A stretch of DNA of 64,000 nt. Source: Syntrophobacterales bacterium (GTDB lineage Bacteria > Desulfobacterota > Syntrophia > Syntrophales > UBA5619). The position numbers were made by a program, and so were the translations under genes. The notes under the pieces are model-generated. The model was not told the origin of the DNA. It did no database searches and saw only the letters and a program-made list of their open reading frames with translations. Positions within the stretch are counted from its first letter, which is position 1. Each line of letters begins with the position of its first letter. The DNA is taken from assembly GCA_019429105.1 (NCBI GenBank), contig JAHYJE010000010.1, positions 2,172 through 66,171 of the forward strand. The letters are read 5' to 3'. Below are positions 57,804-64,000 of this stretch, one piece after another.

Positions 57804-59105
57804 TTATTGCAGGGCCTTCTGCAATAGCTGCACCGTATGGACCACCTTGATCGCCGGATCGAGGTGGTTGGAAATGGTCAGACTGCATCCGGGGCAACCG
57901 GTCGCACAAAACTGCGCCTTCGTCGCCTCGATATTGTCGGTCTTGCGCTTGGTGATCTTTGCCGAGATCTCCGGATAGTCGATCTGAAAAGAACCGCCGC
58001 CGCCGCAACAGTCGATCGCCCCGTTCATTTCCACAAATTCCACGCCCGGAATCGACTTCAGCAGATTCCTCGGCTGTGCGCTCACCTTCTGGCCTTTCGC
58101 CAGATGGCAGGGATCGTGATAGGTAACCCTGATCTTTTCGCCGGCCGGCTTCATCGCCGGGAGCCACTCCTTATGAGAATCGATGAAAAGACTGACATCC
58201 TGAACCTTGGCCGAAAGCAGCGCTGCGGCCTTCAGCTCCTGGTCAGTCACGTCTTCACCCAGCTCCTGCAGCTCCTTTAAAATAGGATGGTACTCATTTT
58301 TTAACGAGGCGCTGCAGGTGGCGCAGTCAATGATCACCGCATCCACATCGTCCCGCGCAAAGAGACGCAGATTTTCCCGGATTACCTCGATTGAGGCCTT
58401 CCGCTCTCCCGAAAAGAATACCGGCAACCCGCAGCATCCCTGATCCTTCGGGATGATTACCTCTACTCCCATCTTACCCAAAACATCGACCACCGCCAAG
58501 CCGACGTCGCCGTAGAGGTACTTGGTGGCGCAGCCGTGGAAGTACAACACCCTGGCATTCGTCTTCCCTTTTTGGGGTTGAACCACCTCCGGCACCATCT
58601 CGTTGAAGGGCTTTTCATTCAGCGGCGGAATCCGTTCGACACAAAGAGCACCGGCATTGAGCCTGGACTCAATCCAGGCCCCGCCGAAATTGCGCCGCGC
58701 CCACTCGCCAAGCGTAGCCGAGGCCGACATCATCCAGCGACTGGATAGCACGCTGAACATCGCCCGCTTGCGCCAGTCGGCGCCGTATTTTTGCATTGCG
58801 CGCCAGCGAACGCCGGAAAACAGGCTCACCTGATCGACGCCGCTCGGGCAATTGGCAACGCAGGAACCACAGAGAAGGCAGGTTGACAAAAACGCCTTTT
58901 TGACCTCCTCTGTCAGGCTCAGGTCGTTTTCCAGCATTTTTTTTGTAATCTGCACCTTGCCGCGGGGACTGGCATGTTCCATACGGATTTCCCGATAAAC
59001 CGGACAGTGGGCCGAGCATAACCCACACTTTATGCAATGATAAACGTTTTCCGCCGTATCATTGCCGAGCAATGCCTGCTGTTCCATAATAAGCGTTTCC
59101 CTCAC
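57804..59105 (-). CDS. glcF: Fe-S subunit of a glycolate oxidase / D-lactate dehydrogenase-type complex (GlcF-like, 2x[4Fe-4S] plus two CCG domains)
   Basis: 433 aa. CIKCGLCSAHCPVY, CLLCGSCVANCPSG, and the CCG motifs GCCGLP and DCCGGGG. Confidence 0.85.
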   Translation of the reverse strand: MRETLIMEQQALLGNDTAENVYHCIKCGLCSAHCPVYREIRMEHASPRGKVQITKKMLENDLSLTEEVKKAFLSTCLLCGSCVANCPSGVDQVSLFSGVRWRAMQKYGADWRKRAMFSVLSSRWMMSASATLGEWARRNFGGAWIESRLNAGALCVERIPPLNEKPFNEMVPEVVQPQKGKTNARVLYFHGCATKYLYGDVGLAVVDVLGKMGVEVIIPKDQGCCGLPVFFSGERKASIEVIRENLRLFARDDVDAVIIDCATCSASLKNEYHPILKELQELGEDVTDQELKAAALLSAKVQDVSLFIDSHKEWLPAMKPAGEKIRVTYHDPCHLAKGQKVSAQPRNLLKSIPGVEFVEMNGAIDCCGGGGSFQIDYPEISAKITKRKTDNIEATKAQFCATGCPGCSLTISNHLDPAIKVVHTVQLLQKALQ

Positions 59106-59116
59106 TTTCCTGCCTT

Positions 59117-60481
59117 CTATATTCCGCCGACATAACGGCCCGGATTGATAACGCCGGTCGGATCGAATTTTTCTTTGAGCCCCCTTGCCAGTCCGACATC
59201 ATCGCCAATCTTTCCCCAGACCGACACATTTTCCTTGATAAAGCGCGGAGCTTTTTCCACAACGAGATTCCCGTCGTTTCTCACTGCCTCCTCGGTCATC
59301 TCCCCGATTAGCTTAACGATCGCCTCCTTTTTCGCCCCCGCCTCCCGGCCGGTCAGAATCGCCGTGGTAAGGATTCCGCTTCCGGCATGGCACGAAAGCG
59401 CGCATTCGAACCCCGCTTTTTGCGCAACCTTTTCCGCGTCTGCCATCATTTCCGTCCCTCGGGAAATGACAAAATTCGCCTTGAGCACAACCAGATCGGG
59501 ATGGTTCTTCGTCAATTCATCCGTAAAATCACCATACGCAATCCAGAAATCCCGATGCCCGTCAACTTTGAGCAAGCTCGTTCCCTGCGCCCCTGCCTTG
59601 AGGCCCATTTCCGTCATATCGGCGATTTGCCGCTCCACCGCCTCGACGATCCCTTCGAGCCCGACAGCGATGATGTAATTGCCGGAAAGCGGAACCATTC
59701 CCCGGCACGCGGCGACTGTTGCGGGGTTCATGAGTTCCAGCGCCGCCGGGTAGTAGAACGACGGGAGCACCTTGTGGAAAAACGCGTCGGCATCCTTCAG
59801 GCTGGCAAAAGCAAGAAAAAGGGTTGCCGCCGACTCCGGCTTCAAATAAATCCGAAAGGTCGTCCGACAGATCAACCCCAGCGATCCCAGGGAACCGATC
59901 ATCAGCTTGGTCAGATCGTAACTGGCGACGTTTTTCATCACCTTGCCGCCGGCATGGACGATATCCCCGTTGGCAAGCACCGCGGTATTGCCCAGGATTA
60001 TGTCGCGCAGCCCCCCGTAGAGAAGCCGCCTGGGCCCGTTGGAGTTAGTTGCGACAACCCCGCCGATCGTCGCCTTCTGTGAATGGGGCGGATCGAGCGG
60101 CAGGAAATAGCCCTCGCCTTCCGCGCTCAATTTTGCCTGTACCTCGGCTACCGTTGCCCCGCATTCCACTTCAATGGTGAGATTGGCAATATCGTAATCG
60201 GCATAGCCGTTCATCCTCTTCGTAGAGAGGAGCAAGTCAGCCCTTTTAGGGATGCCGCCCAGCGACATCTTTGTGCCGCCTCCCGTGGGAAGCACTGTCA
60301 GACCAAGCCCGTGGGCGGCAGCCATGACCCTTGACGTTTCAGCAATTGTTCCAGGAGAAACGATCAACCCGGGCATAACGCCATCCACCGCCAGGGCCTT
60401 CAGTTTGTCCTGATCGGCGACAGCATTGGCTTCTCCGACAATCTCACGGAAAACATCAACATGATTATCAGTTCTCGGCAT
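59117..60481 (-). CDS. glcE: FAD-binding subunit GlcE-like
   Basis: FAD-binding PCMH-type domain (PTGGGTKMSLGG, NVASYDLTKLMIGSLGSLG). The start is either 60481 (MPRTDNHV) or 60511; both overlap the end of glcD. Confidence 0.8.
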   Translation of the reverse strand: MPRTDNHVDVFREIVGEANAVADQDKLKALAVDGVMPGLIVSPGTIAETSRVMAAAHGLGLTVLPTGGGTKMSLGGIPKRADLLLSTKRMNGYADYDIANLTIEVECGATVAEVQAKLSAEGEGYFLPLDPPHSQKATIGGVVATNSNGPRRLLYGGLRDIILGNTAVLANGDIVHAGGKVMKNVASYDLTKLMIGSLGSLGLICRTTFRIYLKPESAATLFLAFASLKDADAFFHKVLPSFYYPAALELMNPATVAACRGMVPLSGNYIIAVGLEGIVEAVERQIADMTEMGLKAGAQGTSLLKVDGHRDFWIAYGDFTDELTKNHPDLVVLKANFVISRGTEMMADAEKVAQKAGFECALSCHAGSGILTTAILTGREAGAKKEAIVKLIGEMTEEAVRNDGNLVVEKAPRFIKENVSVWGKIGDDVGLARGLKEKFDPTGVINPGRYVGGI

Positions 60482-61889
60482 AAGCAATCTCCTTTGCTCC
60501 GCAGGCTTCACTTGCCATCAGATTCAGCTTGCCGGGGTTCAGGACGCCTTCAGGATCAAAGGTCATCTTGACATTCGCAAGCGCGGCGATATCCTCTGAA
60601 CAAAACTGCAACTGCAGAGCGGCCAGTTTTTCCACCCCGACGCCATGCTCGCCGGTAATCGTTCCCCCCATTTCGACGCATAACTGCATGATCTCAAAGG
60701 CAGCCTTGTGCACCCTGGCCAGTTCATCCTTGTCCCTTTCATCAAACAGGACAAGCGGGTGCAGATTGCCGTCGCCGGCATGGAACACATTGGCTATCTG
60801 GACATCGTACTTTTTGCCAATCTCGCCGACGCGCCGGAGCGTCTCGGGAAGTTTTGTCCGGGGAACAGTGCCGTCGTTGACAAGATAGTTCGGCCGCAGC
60901 CGGCCCGTAGCGCCGAAGGCCCCCTTGCGCGCCATCCAGAGCTGATCGCGCTCCGCATTGGTTTTCGCCAGCTTTACATCGCGGACATTATTTGCCTTGC
61001 AAATAGCGACAACCTGTTCCGCAAGCCTGCCCAACCCATCCTGCAAACCGTCGAGCTCAATCAGCAACATCGCCGCCGCATCAATCGGCAGTCCTATCTT
61101 GAAGAAGGACTCGACGGCGTTTATAGCCACATTATCCATCATCTCCAGCGTCGCCGGCACCATTCCCGCCTTGACGATCCCGGACACCGTATTGGCCCCG
61201 TCTTCAACGGTATTGAAAATAGCGAGCAGCGTTTTGACCGCTTCGTTTTTCGGCATGATGCGCAAAATGATTTTGGTGGCAATCGCCAGTGTGCCCTCGG
61301 AACCGGTTATCAGACCGATCAGATCGAACCCGGGATTGTCGAGTGCTTTTCCGCCGAGCTTGATTATCTGGCCATCGGCCAGCACCACCTCGGCGCCAAG
61401 CACGTGGTTGCTGGTAACGCCGTATTTGAAACAGAGCGGCCCGCCGGAATTCTCCGCCAGATTCCCACCGATTGTCGTCGCCTTTTCACTCGCCGGATCC
61501 GGCTGATAGAGATAACCGAGTTTCGCCACTGCGTTTTTGATATCAAGCGTAATTGCCCCCGGTTCTACAACAACCCGCTGATTTTCGAGATCAATTTCCA
61601 GTATCCGGTTCATCCTGGTCATCAGCATCACGATGCCGCCCTTGCTCGGAACCGGACCACCGCTCAGCGACGTGCCGGAACCGCGGGCAATCAACAGAAT
61701 ATCATTTTGATGGGCGAACTGCGCGATATGGGAAACCTCTGCCGCCGACTCCGGAATAACTACAAAGTCGGGCTTCCCCTTGATCAGGGAGGCATCATAG
61801 CCGTATATCTGCAGCTCCATTTCCGATGTCAGCACATCGTCTTTTCCGACTATTTTTTCCAGTTCGGTAATGATTCTTTCTTTTTCCAT
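60468..61889 (-). CDS. glcD: FAD-linked oxidase GlcD-like (glycolate oxidase / D-lactate dehydrogenase catalytic subunit)
   Basis: ARGSGTSLSGG, NVFHAGDGNLHP and GGTITGEHGVG. The start is set at ATG 61889 (RBS AGAGGGA); the alternative is 61910. Confidence 0.9.
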   Translation of the reverse strand: MEKERIITELEKIVGKDDVLTSEMELQIYGYDASLIKGKPDFVVIPESAAEVSHIAQFAHQNDILLIARGSGTSLSGGPVPSKGGIVMLMTRMNRILEIDLENQRVVVEPGAITLDIKNAVAKLGYLYQPDPASEKATTIGGNLAENSGGPLCFKYGVTSNHVLGAEVVLADGQIIKLGGKALDNPGFDLIGLITGSEGTLAIATKIILRIMPKNEAVKTLLAIFNTVEDGANTVSGIVKAGMVPATLEMMDNVAINAVESFFKIGLPIDAAAMLLIELDGLQDGLGRLAEQVVAICKANNVRDVKLAKTNAERDQLWMARKGAFGATGRLRPNYLVNDGTVPRTKLPETLRRVGEIGKKYDVQIANVFHAGDGNLHPLVLFDERDKDELARVHKAAFEIMQLCVEMGGTITGEHGVGVEKLAALQLQFCSEDIAALANVKMTFDPEGVLNPGKLNLMASEACGAKEIAYAEN

Positions 61890-62293
61890 GACGATCCCTC
61901 TTAAGGTCATTTGCTACAAGCCATCCCTGATGAACTCATCAGAAGTCAATTTTCCCCTCCCCAACGGAGGGAATTAAGGGGGGGGAAAAATTACATCCGG
62001 ACATACAGCCCCTTATCACCCCCACCCTGCCCCTCCCCCTGCACGGGGGAGGGAATTTGCGACTTTTTGCGAGCCCGTTATCCCTGAACACAGAAGCCCT
62101 ATGAACAATCAGCGACATACCAACATAACCTGCTGCGTTGAATTGGAAAAGAGCGAAGCGATAACTAAATAACCAGTATCACTTCGCCCCTCTTTACCAA
62201 ACAGCCGTTCCTTCCCGATAGAACAGGGGGAAAAAACATTGGCCCAATCGGCTATTATTTCGTATCCTAAAAGAAATCACTCCGTCGCCCTCA

Positions 62294-63187
62294 TTACTTC
62301 TTGCGCATTGCTTCCATCTCGGAAATCTCTTTCATCGTCGCCAGAATCTGCCGGGCATTATCATAGACCGGCGTATCAACCATCTTGCCGTTGAAGGAAA
62401 CAGCGGCGGCGCCTTTGGCAAGGCCCTCTTCCTCGAATACCTTCACGACGCCGGTTGCCCAGACGACATCATCGGCGGAAGGCATGTAAAGCTTGTGGGA
62501 GGGCTCAATCTGGCTGGGATGGATCAGCATTCTTCCCTCATACCCCATCTGCCGACCTTCGAGAACGCTCTTTTCAAACGCCTCCATATTCTTGAAATCG
62601 ACAAAAGGGCAGTCAATCGCAACACAACCGGCGGCGCGGGCGGCCACGGCGGTAAAGTAACGGCCATAAAGCTGCTCTGTGCCCTCGGAGGTTAGTTTCA
62701 CCCGCATATCCTTCGTGTAATCCACCGCCCCGAAGATCAGGGAGTTGACCCGCTTGCTCGCAACGGCGGAATGGTATGCATGGATCATCCCCTTGGCCGT
62801 CTCGATCAAAAGCTGAATCGCTACTGTTCCAACCGGAATGCCGCGCCTTCTTTCGAGCTCCTCGAGTTTCCAGTCCAAACGCTTTACATTGTCCGGCTCG
62901 CCGGTTTTCGCCAGGCAGACGCCGGCGAGCCCCTCATGAACAACCGCTTCCAGATCGTCATTGGTCATCAGGGTTTCCCAGTTGTTGATCCGGACATACA
63001 CCTTGGAGCCGCCGGTTCCGGCAAATTTCAGATTCTCCCTTACCACCTCGCGCGCCCGCACCTTTTCGGCGGGCGGAACGGAATCCTCCAGATCGAGGGT
63101 AACAATGTCCGCGCCGGTCTCCGGCGCCTTGCCGACCATCTTTTCGTTGTTGCCGGGGATATAAAATACCGATCTCATTACTGTCAT
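62294..63187 (-). CDS. HpcH/HpaI aldolase / citrate lyase beta (CitE)-like CoA-ester lyase (malyl-CoA lyase-like)
   Basis: 297 aa with RBS AAGGAG. RSVFYIPGNNEKMVGKAPETGADIVTLDLEDSV and LLIETAKG are CitE-family motifs. Confidence 0.85.
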   Translation of the reverse strand: MTVMRSVFYIPGNNEKMVGKAPETGADIVTLDLEDSVPPAEKVRAREVVRENLKFAGTGGSKVYVRINNWETLMTNDDLEAVVHEGLAGVCLAKTGEPDNVKRLDWKLEELERRRGIPVGTVAIQLLIETAKGMIHAYHSAVASKRVNSLIFGAVDYTKDMRVKLTSEGTEQLYGRYFTAVAARAAGCVAIDCPFVDFKNMEAFEKSVLEGRQMGYEGRMLIHPSQIEPSHKLYMPSADDVVWATGVVKVFEEEGLAKGAAAVSFNGKMVDTPVYDNARQILATMKEISEMEAMRKK

Positions 63188-63216
63188 AATAATTGCTCCT
63201 TTCGTTTATAAGTTGT

Positions 63217-64000
63217 TTATCTCAGTTTTCCCTGTTGCTTGAGTTCCTTGAGCCTCTGGGGAATTTCATTGGGGTTGTCCACAACGATAATGCCCGCTTC
63301 TTTAAGTCTGGTAATCTTGTCCTGGGTGGAACCGCTTCCCCGCTCGACGATCGCGCTGGCGTGGGAAAATTTCATCCCGGCGGGCGCCCAGGCCCCGGAA
63401 ACGTAAATAATAATCGGTTTGGTGAACTTTCCGGAACGGACCAGCTGCGCCGCTTCCTCTTCGTGATGGCCCCCCATCTCCCCGAAAATCGCCATCGCAT
63501 CCGTATCCGGATCTTCCTGAAAAAGCGGCAGCACATCGGCAAACGACATCCCGGTCACCGGTTCAGTGCCGACATGGATGACTGTGCTGACGCCGAATCC
63601 TGCCTGGTGGATTACATAGGGAAGCGTTCCCGATTGCCCGCCGCTCCGGGAGATAACGCCTACGTGGCCAGGAACGAAATGCTGCGTCGCAAATTCGACC
63701 GATCCCCCCAGCCAGCCCAGGGCGCCCACCCCGGGAGAATTTACCCCGATCGAGCCGGGGCCCAGGAGCATCGCCCCTTTTTGCTTCCCATAGGCGACCA
63801 TCTCGAGGATATCGTACAGCGGCACGCGCTCCACCGGCATGACGATCCACTTGATATCCGCATCGAGGGCCTCGAAGACGGCATCCTTCAAACCCGTCCC
63901 CGGAATAAAGGTCACCGATACATCGAACAGGCCATGATTTTTGACCGCATCCTTCACCGTATTGTAAACGGGGATTCCCTCAACTTCCTCGCCGCCGCGA
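63217..64000 (-). CDS. Succinyl-CoA ligase alpha-subunit-like CoA-binding protein (SucD/MtkB-like); 5' end lies outside the window
   Basis: VISRSGGQSGTLPY, EMGGHHEE and FSHASAIV are SucD-type motifs. The frame stays open to 64000 (..GGEEVEGIPVYNTVKDAV..), so the ORF-track GTG start at 63957 is internal. Confidence 0.85.
   Translation of the reverse strand, partial: RGGEEVEGIPVYNTVKDAVKNHGLFDVSVTFIPGTGLKDAVFEALDADIKWIVMPVERVPLYDILEMVAYGKQKGAMLLGPGSIGVNSPGVGALGWLGGSVEFATQHFVPGHVGVISRSGGQSGTLPYVIHQAGFGVSTVIHVGTEPVTGMSFADVLPLFQEDPDTDAMAIFGEMGGHHEEEAAQLVRSGKFTKPIIIYVSGAWAPAGMKFSHASAIVERGSGSTQDKITRLKEAGIIVVDNPNEIPQRLKELKQQGKLR

Noticed and set aside
57804-61889. Selenocysteine (in-frame TGA) in the GlcF/Hdr-like Fe-S and flavoprotein genes
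   Set aside because: All three ORFs are uninterrupted and of normal length. No in-frame TGA and no split ORF pattern was seen.

Overview
This 64-kb chromosomal window comes from a Gram-negative bacterium. The gene content (BamD, OmpA-like, GroESL, Liv, TRAP, GlcDEF-like and hydrogenase-related genes) suggests an anaerobic deltaproteobacterium-like (Desulfobacterota-type) organism, but that is inference only. All calls come from reading the sequence and the ORF translations; no database search was possible.

The left ~9.5 kb looks accessory. It holds:
- a BrnT/BrnA toxin-antitoxin pair;
- a tightly packed eight-gene minus-strand operon: an ARPP-1/DUF6569-like protein, an HD phosphohydrolase, an unknown, a calcineurin-like metallophosphoesterase, a small unknown, a PD-(D/E)xK-like protein, a CX5R cysteine phosphatase and an ADP-ribosylglycohydrolase;
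- a divergently transcribed HTH-WYL regulator paired with that operon. This is my best candidate for an undescribed nucleotide/ADP-ribose-linked conflict system;
- a PIN toxin-antitoxin pair whose toxin gene carries an in-frame TAG.

Next comes a six-gene Ehr-type (energy-converting-hydrogenase-related) membrane complex. Its NuoB-like and NuoD-like subunits have lost every Fe-S and NiFe cysteine ligand.

The remainder is mostly housekeeping:
- an SDR and livKHMGF;
- groES-groEL and radA;
- serC-serA-purA and tRNA-Lys(UUU);
- a GC-rich block with a DUF255 thioredoxin-domain gene;
- crotonases, ppiB, galE and a NUDIX gene;
- an OmpA-like gene, rlmN, bamD and an MTAP-like gene;
- a radical SAM gene, a DinG-like helicase and mobA;
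- TRAP dctPQM, a glcDEF-like oxidase, and citE-like and sucD-like genes.

Mobile and repeat content:
- an IS21-family element with a frameshifted istA and extra ORFs;
- a family of 130-175-bp hairpin repeats bounded by terminal inverted repeats (three copies plus a fragment);
- a palindromic repeat cluster;
- a 181-bp element bounded by inverted repeats, lying between convergent genes.

I saw no rRNA gene and no CRISPR array.
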